Shown: positions 55,145 to 64,000 of the stretch, in pieces
How the letters are laid out: each line of letters opens with the position of its first letter
How positions within the stretch are numbered: position 1 is the first letter of the stretch
Origin: a bacterium
Lineage (GTDB): Bacteria; UBA8248; JACPRG01; G963555815
NCBI GenBank assembly: GCA_965261595.1
Contig: CBDHDG010000006.1
Location: 1,600,001 to 1,664,000 of the forward strand
Direction of reading: 5' to 3'
DNA length: 64,000 nucleotides
Program-made: the position numbers and the translations under genes
Notes under the pieces: generated by a model
Seen by the model: the letters and a program-made list of their open reading frames with translations, nothing else
Told to the model about the DNA's origin: nothing
Databases searched by the model: none

Positions 55145-57205
55145 TCAGGTCTCCAAATCGACGTATCGGGGCGCGGCCCGGAACGGAGCGAACGCGCGGC
55201 CTCCCCCCTCGTAGAACTTGGAGAAAAACTCCACATACTGGAGACGCGCCGAGTGGATGAAAGCCCCCAATGCGCTGATCACCAGATTGAACGAATGGCC
55301 GATGACAAAAACCAGGGGGATCAGCACCACACCCACCACGGGAACCTGACCCAGGATCTCGGTAAAGGTGTTCACGATAACCGCGATCACGCCCGTCGCC
55401 AACCCCAGCGCGAACAAGCGGGAGTACGAAAGGATGTCGCCCAGATAATTGACCAGCCCATAAAGCCCGAGCAGTCCCCCGCCGAGCTTCGCGAAAATGT
55501 TCTTGTATTCCCTGCCTCGCACCAGGACCGTCGTCCCCGCCGCCGCGATCGCCGTCCACGTCGCCGCCGGCCCGAGGGACTCACCCAGCACCCCCGCTTT
55601 GGCCAAGCCCAGGAACAGGAATCCGCTCAGCAGAAAAATCTCTACGCCATCGCTTGCCAGGGCTTCCCCCCATCCGGTCCTCCCCCGCGTGGCGATAAAC
55701 TTGGAGACGAGGCCGACGTAAATCTGGATGACTCCGAGAATGAGAGAGAGGATCAAAAACGGCACCGGATTCCGGATGGGGTCGAGAACGAGAATCGCGT
55801 TCGCCCACCGATCCAGAAAACCCAGGCTCGCCGGGAGGATCTTCAGCGTATTGCCGAACCAACCCCCGACAAGCGCGCCGAAGACAAACGCCGAGATTCC
55901 TCCCAAAAGGAGGAGCCGGAAAAAATCCCGCGCCGACGGCCCGAGGGCCATCTTGCGAAGACCCCACCCGAAGAGCAGGGCAATCACCAGACCATAACCC
56001 GAATCCGTCAGACACAGCCCGAAAAACACGAAGAAGAACGGCATAAGGATCGGCGTCGGATCGGCTTCGGTGTGCTTGGGCAGACCGTAGAGATGTGTGA
56101 TGACCGTAAAGGGACGGGTGGCCGCCGTGCTCTCAAGTTGAATCGGAGGGGTGTCCTCAGGGCGATTGTCGAGAAACTCCAGATGGATTTCCGGGATCGC
56201 CTCGGCGAGACCGTTGCGAAGCGCCTCCGTCCGATCTTCCAAGACCCAGCCCATGGCCAGGGCGACGTCGCCCGTTTCGACGAGCCAGCCCGCCGCGTCC
56301 TTGCGGGCCTTCAGAATGTCCACATAATCCGACGCGGCCTGAAGCCCGGCCCGGTAAACCGCCAGCTCGCGGGCGCCAGCCAGAACCTCCCGCTTTGAAT
56401 TCTCCAGAACCGAGCCGCGCTGATCGAGGCGGGTCAGGATCTCCGAGGGGGTCGCCCCCCAATCGATTTCTTCGTCACCGGACAGCGGATTCTCATCGCT
56501 CCCGGGGGAATCCAAAGCGGGGGGGGGGGGGGGCGGCTCCTCGATCACGGTGAGGCCGGCTTCCCGCAGCGCGGCCTCCAGGACGGCCCCATCCTCGCTC
56601 AGAAATATCACGATGAGCCGTTCGCCCTCCTTGCCGGACGAAACCTCCTCTGTGTACACCCGCGCGGAGGCGTCGCCGAGGGCTCGCGTCAGCGATTCCC
56701 GCGATCCCGGGGGCCCGGCGGCCAGGATGACCTCCGTCTCCCGAAGCCCCCTGAGCCGATCCGTCCGGACGTCCACGTCCCGCCATTCGGCAAGGCCCTC
56801 CCGGCGCTGGGCGATCTCCGTCTCTTCCGCCGCGATCCGCTGAAGGACCGCCTCGGCGGCGCGAACCTTTCCGGAGACTTCGTCCAGCGGAAACTTCCCG
56901 AAGTCGTCCGCGAGGCCCTGAATGCTGAAGGCGGGTTTCGGTGAAAAAAGTTTTTTGAGGCCGCCCGCCTCAGGGGCATGGGCGTCGAGAAAGGTAAGGG
57001 CGCGGCGAAGGATCTCCGCCTCCCGTTCCAAATCGAAGGGGCGATCGGCGTATGGGCCCGCGCCGCCGAGGTCTGCGTCCTCGACGGGCCACGCTTCGGG
57101 AGGGATGGGCTCAAAAAGCCCGTTCTCCTGCAAGGCCGTCAGGAGCGCCGGGGCTTCATCGGCGTGGACCGCCAGGAAGGCCCGCTGTGCCTTAACGACC
57201 GCCAT
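55145..57205 (-). CDS. ntpI: V/A-type ATPase subunit I
   Basis: DPTP, DILSYSRLFALGLA and HSARLQYVEFFSKFYEGGG. Confidence 0.95.
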   Translation of the reverse strand: MAVVKAQRAFLAVHADEAPALLTALQENGLFEPIPPEAWPVEDADLGGAGPYADRPFDLEREAEILRRALTFLDAHAPEAGGLKKLFSPKPAFSIQGLADDFGKFPLDEVSGKVRAAEAVLQRIAAEETEIAQRREGLAEWRDVDVRTDRLRGLRETEVILAAGPPGSRESLTRALGDASARVYTEEVSSGKEGERLIVIFLSEDGAVLEAALREAGLTVIEEPPPPPPALDSPGSDENPLSGDEEIDWGATPSEILTRLDQRGSVLENSKREVLAGARELAVYRAGLQAASDYVDILKARKDAAGWLVETGDVALAMGWVLEDRTEALRNGLAEAIPEIHLEFLDNRPEDTPPIQLESTAATRPFTVITHLYGLPKHTEADPTPILMPFFFVFFGLCLTDSGYGLVIALLFGWGLRKMALGPSARDFFRLLLLGGISAFVFGALVGGWFGNTLKILPASLGFLDRWANAILVLDPIRNPVPFLILSLILGVIQIYVGLVSKFIATRGRTGWGEALASDGVEIFLLSGFLFLGLAKAGVLGESLGPAATWTAIAAAGTTVLVRGREYKNIFAKLGGGLLGLYGLVNYLGDILSYSRLFALGLATGVIAVIVNTFTEILGQVPVVGVVLIPLVFVIGHSFNLVISALGAFIHSARLQYVEFFSKFYEGGGRAFAPFRAAPRYVDLET

Positions 57206-57524
57206 AGGCCTCCCTCATTTCTTTGATGATCGAATCGATGGCCGCCTGCCGCCGTGAAGGGAAAGATTCTTTCATCCGCTCAAGGGCCTTCCGGGTGTGA
57301 GAGGCGATCTCATCGGCCTCCCGCCGGCCCTCCGCTTCGGCGGCTTCAAGGAGAGCGTCCCGCTCGGCCGCGCATTTCTCCCGGACGGCTTCCAACCGGC
57401 CGCGGGAATCCTGCCGGGCCCGCTCGACGAGGGCCAGCGCTTCGGCCTCGGAGCGCTCAACCGTGGCCCCGGCTTCATCCTCCCAACCGGAAATATCCCG
57501 AATGACGTCGCCGACTTTGGACAT
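57192..57524 (-). CDS. V/A-type ATPase peripheral stalk subunit G/H
   Basis: 110-aa charged coiled coil; first gene of the operon, overlapping ntpI. Confidence 0.72.
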   Translation of the reverse strand: MSKVGDVIRDISGWEDEAGATVERSEAEALALVERARQDSRGRLEAVREKCAAERDALLEAAEAEGRREADEIASHTRKALERMKESFPSRRQAAIDSIIKEMREAYGGR

Positions 57525-57690
57525 ATGAGCGTATGAGTGTAAGAGATGGTCAAAGGAATCGAAGGCCGGAAAGCCCTGTAAAGCAACGTTAATAAATAAG
57601 GTTTTTCACCTCCCATGTCAATGATTTTTCGCCCCCGGAGCTCCATGTCCCCGGTGGTCGATTCAATCGCGAAACCCGCATGCGCCCGGG

Positions 57691-58560
57691 TCAGGGATTC
57701 AGGATGTCAACGAGCCTTATCAGGTCATCATTTGTATAATATTCGAATATGATTCGTCCGGATTTCTCTGTCCCGTTGATCGAGACCTTCGTTCCATACT
57801 TCCACTTAAGCCCCTCCTCCGCGCGGCTCAGATGGACATCACGCGGGGAAGCCGGTTTTTTCTTCGCGGGTCTTTGGGGGGCGCTCACCAGGGCCTCCGC
57901 CTCCCTGACCGAGAGACCCCTGGACTTGATGCGCTCGGCGAGAGCCATCTGGGCTTTGGGCGTCGCAAGGGTGAGGATCGCGCGGGCGTGGCCGGCCGAC
58001 AGGGCGCCGGCGATGATATCACCCTGGATATATTTCGGTAACTTCAATAATCTCAAAGAGTTAGATATAGTCGAGCGGTCTTTCCCGACCTTTCGCGCCA
58101 CCTCTTCCTGCGAGAGATGGAAGTCGTCGGTGAGACGGAGATATGCCTTGGCCTCTTCGATGGAGTTGAGATCCTCCCGTTGGAGGTTTTCGATGATGGC
58201 AACCTCCATGACCGTCCGGTCGTCAACGTTTTTGATGATGGCCGGGACGGTTTCGAGGCCGGCCAGCTTCGCCGCCCTCCAGCGCCGCTCACCCGCGATG
58301 ATCTCATATCCGGAACCGGGCAAAGGGCGCAGGATCAAGGGTTGGATGACGCCTCCCGCCTTGATGGAATCCGCAAGCTGGGCGAGGGCGTCTTCATCGA
58401 ACCGGCGGCGGGGCTGATGCGCGCCAGGGCGGACTTTGGCCAGGGGAACCTTGGCGATTGTCCGGCCGGCGGGGGTCTCGGCCGCGACCGCTTCCGAAAC
58501 CGGCGGCGAGGCTTCGGGGATCAACGCGGCCAAGCCCTTCCCCAATCGTTTTTTTTCCAT
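57691..58560 (-). CDS. parB: Chromosome partitioning protein ParB
   Basis: LGKGLAALI, QPRRRF, IIAGERRWRA and ENLQREDL. Confidence 0.96.
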   Translation of the reverse strand: MEKKRLGKGLAALIPEASPPVSEAVAAETPAGRTIAKVPLAKVRPGAHQPRRRFDEDALAQLADSIKAGGVIQPLILRPLPGSGYEIIAGERRWRAAKLAGLETVPAIIKNVDDRTVMEVAIIENLQREDLNSIEEAKAYLRLTDDFHLSQEEVARKVGKDRSTISNSLRLLKLPKYIQGDIIAGALSAGHARAILTLATPKAQMALAERIKSRGLSVREAEALVSAPQRPAKKKPASPRDVHLSRAEEGLKWKYGTKVSINGTEKSGRIIFEYYTNDDLIRLVDILNP

Positions 58561-58644
58561 GGTTTCCCTTCCCTCCCCCTCCTCATTGGGGGGCGTGACG
58601 GAATTCAGGCGGCCGGCGGTTTCTCCGTGCCGGAGAGCGCCCCA

Positions 58645-59406
58645 TCAACCATTGGCGATGACCTCCCCCGCGAGCCTCAGATAGGCGGCCGCGCCGGTGG
58701 AGTTGATATCGTAGAGGATGATGGGCTGCCCGTGGCTTGGGGCCTCGCTCAGTCTGACGTTTCGGGGAACAACGGTGTCGAAGATGCGCCCCTGAAAGTT
58801 TTGCCTTACGTCATCGGCAACCTGTCTGGCGAGGGAAGTGCGTCCGTCGAACATCGTCAGGAGGACGCCTTCCATCGTGAGACCGGGATTGAAGCCCTGT
58901 TGTACAAGCGATACGGTATGGCTGAGTTTTGAGAGGCCCTCAAGGGCGTAATACTCGCACTGGAGGGGGATGATGAGGGAATTCGCCGCGACCAGCGCGT
59001 TCAGGGTGAGCAGGCCGAGGGAGGGCGGGCAATCGATGAGGATGTAACGGTAACGCCCGGTCAGGGGCTTGATGGCTTCGAGGAGGCGGAACTCGCGGCT
59101 CTGGGTTTGCACGAGCTCCATCTCCGCACCGGTCAGGTCGATTCCCGACGGGATGAGGTGGAGGTGTTCGAGGGCCGTGGGCCGGACGACGGATTCGGCG
59201 GAGCGCCCGCCGACCACCAGGGCGTTCGAGCCGCCTTCCGTCCCCGGGTCTTCGCACCCCAGACCGCTGGTCGCGTTCCCCTGGGGGTCGAAGTCGACGA
59301 GGAGGGTCTTTCGCTCGGCGGCGGCGAGACAGGCGGCGAGGTTCACGGCTGTTGTGGTCTTTCCGACCCCGCCCTTCTGGTTGACGATGGCTACCGTCCT
59401 GGCCAT
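58645..59406 (-). CDS. parA: Chromosome partitioning ATPase ParA/Soj
   Basis: NQKGGVGKTT, DPQGNAT, DCPPSLG and QCEYYALEG. Confidence 0.96.
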   Translation of the reverse strand: MARTVAIVNQKGGVGKTTTAVNLAACLAAAERKTLLVDFDPQGNATSGLGCEDPGTEGGSNALVVGGRSAESVVRPTALEHLHLIPSGIDLTGAEMELVQTQSREFRLLEAIKPLTGRYRYILIDCPPSLGLLTLNALVAANSLIIPLQCEYYALEGLSKLSHTVSLVQQGFNPGLTMEGVLLTMFDGRTSLARQVADDVRQNFQGRIFDTVVPRNVRLSEAPSHGQPIILYDINSTGAAAYLRLAGEVIANG

Positions 59407-59426
59407 TGCTCTCCAAGGTCCCCGAT

Positions 59427-59442
59427 TGTTTCACGTGAAACG
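59427..59442. promoter_or_regulatory. parS centromere-like site
   Basis: TGTTTCACGTGAAACG, 15/16 match to TGTTTCACGTGAAACA; overlaps the rsmG stop just upstream of parA. Confidence 0.85.
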
Positions 59443-60123
59443 ATCGGCCCCGTGTCCCAAAGACATGATCCGGTCGCCTTCAAGCTCAACGAGGCCCCTC
59501 ATAAAAGCGCCGCATTCATCCAGCGCGCCCCGGGCGGTCTCCAACTCCGCGGCGACCTTTCTTCCCTGACGGATCAGGAGCTTCCCCTCAGGGGCCAACA
59601 ATCGCCACACCATCGGCGTCAAAACCCCGACCGCCGCGACCGCCCTGGACAAGATTGCATCATATCCGCCGAGATGTCCACCCCGATCTTCCTCCGACTC
59701 CCCGGCCGCGCGATCCAGCCCCAGGCGCTCGAACCGCCCGTGAATCACCCGAAAATCCCCGACGCCCACCTCCCGAACCGCCTGTTTCAAAAACGCCGCC
59801 TTACGGCCTCCCGATTCCACGAGCGTCATCCGGATTCCGGGAAACAGCACGCCGATCGGGATTCCGGCAACGCCGGCCCCCGCGCCGACATCCAGGGCCT
59901 CCTCCCCGTCCAGCGGGCCCCAAAGGCCCAGGAAATCGAGAGACTCGGGCAAAAGACGCCCGGCTATCCCAACGGGATCGAGGACGCCGGTCAGGCGCAC
60001 CGCGGGGTTCCATTTGTTCAAGAGCGCGACGTAGGCCGACAAGGCGGCCACTTGAGAATCGTCGAGAGGGAAACCCCGGCGGGCGAAGGAGGATGCAAGG
60101 GCCTCGCGGACTTCAGGGTTCAT
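59431..60123 (-). CDS. rsmG: 16S rRNA m7G527 methyltransferase
   Basis: LLNKWN...LT, LDVGAGAGVAGIP, LVES..RKAAFL and SRAV; lies between mnmG and parA. Confidence 0.88.
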   Translation of the reverse strand: MNPEVREALASSFARRGFPLDDSQVAALSAYVALLNKWNPAVRLTGVLDPVGIAGRLLPESLDFLGLWGPLDGEEALDVGAGAGVAGIPIGVLFPGIRMTLVESGGRKAAFLKQAVREVGVGDFRVIHGRFERLGLDRAAGESEEDRGGHLGGYDAILSRAVAAVGVLTPMVWRLLAPEGKLLIRQGRKVAAELETARGALDECGAFMRGLVELEGDRIMSLGHGADRFT

Positions 60124-60338
60124 GAAACCCGGATAAGGCGAAACGAGAACCCATCGAAGCGATAAGCCGTCATGGTCATGTCTCGTCAATGGGTTTGTGT
60201 TTCGGGTGCGCGTACGGGAGTCAACCGACTCACCCCCCCCCCCCCCCCCCCAAGGGCAGAATGCCGGATCCACCGGTTCGGCGGCAAGGACGGCAAGCCG
60301 GGGTTTTCAAGCGGGCGGGGCGGGCAGAATGCCGGCCT

Positions 60339-62249
60339 TCAAGCCGCTGACCGCCGGAGCCGCTCGAGGTGAACCATCAAAAGACCAATGGCGGAAGGCG
60401 TGACGCCGGAGATGCGGCCGGCCTGTCCGAGCGTCCGGGGGCGAATCCTGTCCAGTTTCTCCTTCACTTCGGCCGATAACCCGCGAACTTCTTTATACTC
60501 AAAAGCTTCTGGGATTTCCCGGTCTTCGAGGCCCCGGGCGCGCTCGACCTGCCGCTCTTGCCTGGCGATGTATCCCTCATACTTTATGGCAATCTCGACC
60601 CGCTCCCCAATGTCGCCGGTAGGTGACTCATCTCCTTCGCAAGGGGCTTCACCTACCGCTCCCGAGGCCGGGGGCCCGAGCGCCCTGACGGCTTCGTAAT
60701 TCAGCTCGGGCCGTTTCAACAGGTCGGCAAGCGACGAGGGGGTGTGGATGGGCGATGTCCCGAGGCCCTCCAGCGCGAGATTCAACTCCGGCGTAGGCGT
60801 CACGCGGGCCATCCTGAGACGTTTGATTTCATTCTCGACGGCCGCGCGCTTTCGGCAAAACCGCGCGTGGTCTTCATCGCACACCAGGCCGGCCGCGTGT
60901 CCAACGTCGCACAGCCGCGCGTCGGCGTTGTCATTTCGGAGGAGAAGCCGGAATTCGGCGCGGGAGGTGAACATCCGGTAGGGCTCATTCGTCCCCTTGG
61001 TCACGAGGTCGTCGATGAGGACGCCGATGTATGCCTGGTCTCTGCGGAGAACAAGCGGCTCTCTTCCCTGAACGGACAGCGCGGCATTGATTCCCGCCAT
61101 GAGCCCCTGGGCCGCCGCCTCTTCGTAGCCCGTTGTCCCGTTCAACTGCCCGGCGTGGTAGAGGCCCCGGACCCGTTTGGTTTCAAGTGTGGGGCGGAGT
61201 TGCGTCGGCGGGACGAAATCGTATTCCACGGCATAGCCGGGCTTGGTCAGCTCGGCCCGCTCCAGTCCGGGGATCGTCCTGATGAACTCGCACTGGGTTT
61301 CCTCGGGCAGGCTGGTCGAGACGCCGTTTGGATAAATCTCGTCGGTGTCCAGGCCCTCGGGCTCCAGGAATATCTGGTGGGCGGTTTTCTCCGCGAACCG
61401 GACGACCTTGTCCTCGATGGAGGGGCAATACCGGGGTCCGACTCCTACGATGGTGCCCGAGTAGAGCGGCGAGTTCGCCATGTTTTTTCGGATGACCGCG
61501 TGCGTCCGCTCATTGGTGTACGTGAGGTGACAGGGGACTTGCTCCCTGTCGATCCGCCGGGTGGAATAGGAGAACGGCGGCGGCGGCTCGTCCCCCGGCT
61601 GAACATCAAGCCTTGCAAAATCAATGGTTTTCCCATCCAGCCGCGGCGGCGTCCCGGTCTTGAGGCGGCCGATCTCGAAACCTTTCGCCTTCAAGGCTTC
61701 CGACAGCCCCAGCGCTGCCGGATCCCCCATCCGTCCCGCGCGGACCCGCTCGAAGCCGATGTGGATCAGGCCGTTCAGGAAGGTTCCGGGCGTCAGAACG
61801 ACTGTTCTGCCGTAGACCTCCTCGCCCGCGTCCGTCAGGACGCCCCGGACTTCATCCCCCCCCCCTTCCACCAGGACGTCCACGGCCATTCCCCGTTTGA
61901 GAGCAAGACCCGGCTCCTCCCTCAAAACCCGGCCGGCGTGTGAACGATAGAGGGCGCGATCCGCCTGGGCGCGAAGGGCGCGGACGGCCGGGCCTTTCCG
62001 CGTGTTGAGCATCCGGAACTGGATCCCGGTGGCGTCGATCATCTTCGCCATCGCCCCGCCCAGGGCGTCGATCTCCCGAACCAGGTGCCCCTTGGCAATC
62101 CCGCCGATGGCCGGGTTGCAAGACATTTGGCCGATCCGCTCCAGGTCGCCCGTAAGCATGAGCGTATCGGCGCCCATCCGCGCCGCGGCCAGGCAGGCTT
62201 CGATTCCCGCGTGCCCCGCGCCGATGACGATGACATCGTAAGTCCGCAT
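60339..62249 (-). CDS. mnmG: tRNA uridine 5-carboxymethylaminomethyl modification enzyme MnmG (GidA)
   Basis: [33 protein letters not shown] and [17 protein letters not shown]. Confidence 0.97.
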   Translation of the reverse strand: MRTYDVIVIGAGHAGIEACLAAARMGADTLMLTGDLERIGQMSCNPAIGGIAKGHLVREIDALGGAMAKMIDATGIQFRMLNTRKGPAVRALRAQADRALYRSHAGRVLREEPGLALKRGMAVDVLVEGGGDEVRGVLTDAGEEVYGRTVVLTPGTFLNGLIHIGFERVRAGRMGDPAALGLSEALKAKGFEIGRLKTGTPPRLDGKTIDFARLDVQPGDEPPPPFSYSTRRIDREQVPCHLTYTNERTHAVIRKNMANSPLYSGTIVGVGPRYCPSIEDKVVRFAEKTAHQIFLEPEGLDTDEIYPNGVSTSLPEETQCEFIRTIPGLERAELTKPGYAVEYDFVPPTQLRPTLETKRVRGLYHAGQLNGTTGYEEAAAQGLMAGINAALSVQGREPLVLRRDQAYIGVLIDDLVTKGTNEPYRMFTSRAEFRLLLRNDNADARLCDVGHAAGLVCDEDHARFCRKRAAVENEIKRLRMARVTPTPELNLALEGLGTSPIHTPSSLADLLKRPELNYEAVRALGPPASGAVGEAPCEGDESPTGDIGERVEIAIKYEGYIARQERQVERARGLEDREIPEAFEYKEVRGLSAEVKEKLDRIRPRTLGQAGRISGVTPSAIGLLMVHLERLRRSAA

Positions 62250-62661
62250 GCGTCGATTTCCTTTCCCCGGCCCCGGGAATTCGCCAGCCCCGGATCAACC
62301 GAGAAGGTTTTCGTCGATTCGATCCCCTCCTATTTTATCCCCCTCCGGACGGTTTGCCAGCCCGGGGGTCTCGCCGCGGCCCTTGCCGAATCACCCTCCG
62401 ACATTCGATACAACGAATTGCGAGACCCTCCGCTATGCCCTGAATTTCAGGTCAATGATAAATCACTCGGAGTGCGCGGAAGAAGAAAATGATGACCAAG
62501 AAACGGGGGGCCCTCCCTGTTGGCGGGGACGCCCGTAAAAATGACGAGATAAACTGGGGCCGGCCCTAAAGGAGAGAGGGTGGTTTTGCCGATGACATAT
62601 ACAAGGGTGATCTACAAAACTGAGGCCAGGCAGGCGAGACGCTCGTCCAGCGGGAGCTCGC

Positions 62662-63219
62662 ATGAACGTTAAATTCCAGGATGTCTTCACAGACCAGGAT
62701 GACTTCGAAAGGTACGAGGCGCAATTCCATGGGGAGGCCGCCCGGATGGAAGAGGCGATCCGGCTCCAGAAGATGGTGTACGCGGCCCGAATCCGGGAGG
62801 TCGGGCGGCGCTCCAGAAAGCTCAACATCCTTGTGGTGGAAGATTCCAGCGAGGCGCGCAGACTCGTCTGTGGAATCCTTCGCAATCTTGGCCTCGGCCG
62901 GCCCGTGTCCCCGATTGAGGCGGAAAACGGGAGGGAGGCCTTGTCGGTTCTCGGCATGAGGCCCGTGGACGTTATCCTGTCGGATTGGCGGATGCCTGAG
63001 ATGGGCGGACTGGAGATGCTCAAGGAAATCCGTGAAAAGAAGAACCTGAAGGACATTCCGGTCATCATGCTGACGGCCGTCGCCGAGAAGGACGAGATCA
63101 TCGAGTCCATTCAAGCGGGCACGACGGAGTACCTCCTGAAACCTTTCACGATTGAAGACCTCCAGGACAAAATCAGCTCCGTCCTCCGATTGGCCGAAAG
63201 CGCGAAACAAGGATCCTAG
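62662..63219 (+). CDS. CheY-like response regulator with an N-terminal extension of about 50 aa
   Basis: ILVVED, SDWRMPEMGG, IMLT and YLLKPF. Confidence 0.87.
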   Translation: MNVKFQDVFTDQDDFERYEAQFHGEAARMEEAIRLQKMVYAARIREVGRRSRKLNILVVEDSSEARRLVCGILRNLGLGRPVSPIEAENGREALSVLGMRPVDVILSDWRMPEMGGLEMLKEIREKKNLKDIPVIMLTAVAEKDEIIESIQAGTTEYLLKPFTIEDLQDKISSVLRLAESAKQGS

Positions 63220-63304
63220 ACGGGTTTCATTCACCCGAAGCCGTCGAGCCGACTTGACCTTTCCGGTGCGTTGACCCATTCAGCCCCTCGACAGGACTTT
63301 CGAA

Positions 63305-63673
63305 ATGGCGAAGATCCTGGTTGTCGATGACGAAATCGAGAGTCGCGAGCTTTTGTCTGAATTCCTGACCATGCGGGGTTTTGAAGTCGAGACGGCATCG
63401 CGGGGGAGCGTCGCGCTCGAGAAGATCGCGGCCGGCCCGCCCAATTTGGTGCTCCTGGACGTTCGGATGCCGGGGATGAACGGCCTTCAAATCCTCAAAG
63501 CGGCCAAAGCCCTGCACCCCGACCTGGGGGTGATCATGGTCTCGGCCGTTCTCGACGGGGCGATCGCCCGGGAGGCGATGAAACTGGGCGCCTACGATTA
63601 CATCACCAAGCCCATCGACATTAATTATCTGGCCACCAAAGTGATACCGACATTCCTGGCGCTGATTGGGTGA
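63305..63673 (+). CDS. Single-domain response regulator
   Basis: ILVVDD, LLDVRMPGMNG, IMVS and YITKP. Confidence 0.92.
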   Translation: MAKILVVDDEIESRELLSEFLTMRGFEVETASRGSVALEKIAAGPPNLVLLDVRMPGMNGLQILKAAKALHPDLGVIMVSAVLDGAIAREAMKLGAYDYITKPIDINYLATKVIPTFLALIG

Positions 63674-63685
63674 GAGAGCTTCGAG

Positions 63686-63881
63686 AATTAAAGGGACGCC
63701 ATATCTAACCGCATGGCGAAAAGGGGGGCATAAGGGGATATAAGCATGGTGTCCCCGTAACTCCTTCTACGTGAGACAAACAAATGCCGGGCGAGGACGT
63801 TCGGCCGAAGCCTACCAGCCCCCGCCCGGGGAATTAAGGGGGGGGGGGGGGGGGGGGATTAAGGGGACACCATACTTAATT
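63686..63881. repeat. REP-like repeats of the GGGGACACCATACTTA family around a G20 run
   Basis: Degenerate copy at 63692-63707, inverted copy at 63741-63756, and a copy at 63863-63878 that is the exact reverse complement of 39126-39141. Confidence 0.72.
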
Positions 63882-63951
63882 CCTTTCCCCCGCTCTAGGG
63901 TTTTGTTGGACACTCGATTGATCCATGATTCATGGAGAAAGGGGTGTCGCG

Positions 63952-64000
63952 ATGAACGAACAAAAGCAAGAGGGGGCTTTGGCGGAGGGCGCCCGCAGGG
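63952..64000 (+). CDS. Start of a possible IS3-family transposase ORF, cut by the window edge
   Basis: RBS-like AAAGGGG then MNEQKQEGALAEGARR; upstream TGTTGGACAC resembles an IS3-type end; only 16 codons visible. Confidence 0.3.
   Translation, partial: MNEQKQEGALAEGARR

Noticed and set aside
57593..57621. Promoter of the V-ATPase operon
   Set aside because: TTGACA is present, but the -10 at 17-bp spacing (TATTTA) is poor, so it was not called.
62470..62600. c-di-GMP-I riboswitch upstream of the response regulator
   Set aside because: GGGACGC and some hairpins are present, but the GGCAAAC/GAAA P2 elements and spacing do not fit; an Rfam scan would be needed.

Overview
GC-rich bacterial chromosome segment, probably origin-proximal (mnmG-rsmG-parS-parA-parB), dominated by bioenergetic genes. 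1-24.1 kb (minus strand): two complex I clusters in tandem. Cluster B is a complete nuoA-N. Cluster A (nuoABCD-H-JKLMN) has its own promoter, lacks nuoEFG and nuoI, and encodes a NuoL whose amphipathic helix carries an exact 26-residue duplication, the signature of '2M' complex I, although only one nuoM lies in that cluster. 24.4-29.0 kb (plus strand): a divergent NAD-linked formate dehydrogenase (NuoE/F-like fusion plus Mo/W alpha subunit). 29-39.4 kb: an accessory region with an integron-integrase remnant, an attC site and a cassette gene, a methyltransferase, a truncated EamA gene, two tandem 237-bp structured elements with 25-bp inverted ends, decayed IS481 and IS256 elements around a porin pseudogene, a TetR gene with three operator-like palindromes, dcd with tandem NrdR-like boxes, and REP-like repeats. 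39.5-62.2 kb (minus strand): two-subunit NAD synthetase, a tRNA methyltransferase, F-type atpF'FHAGDC (no atpB/E), a complete Na+-type V/A-ATPase operon between parB and atpF', then parBA, rsmG and mnmG. The window ends with two response regulators and a possible IS3 left end. All calls come from reading motifs by eye; no database searches were run.
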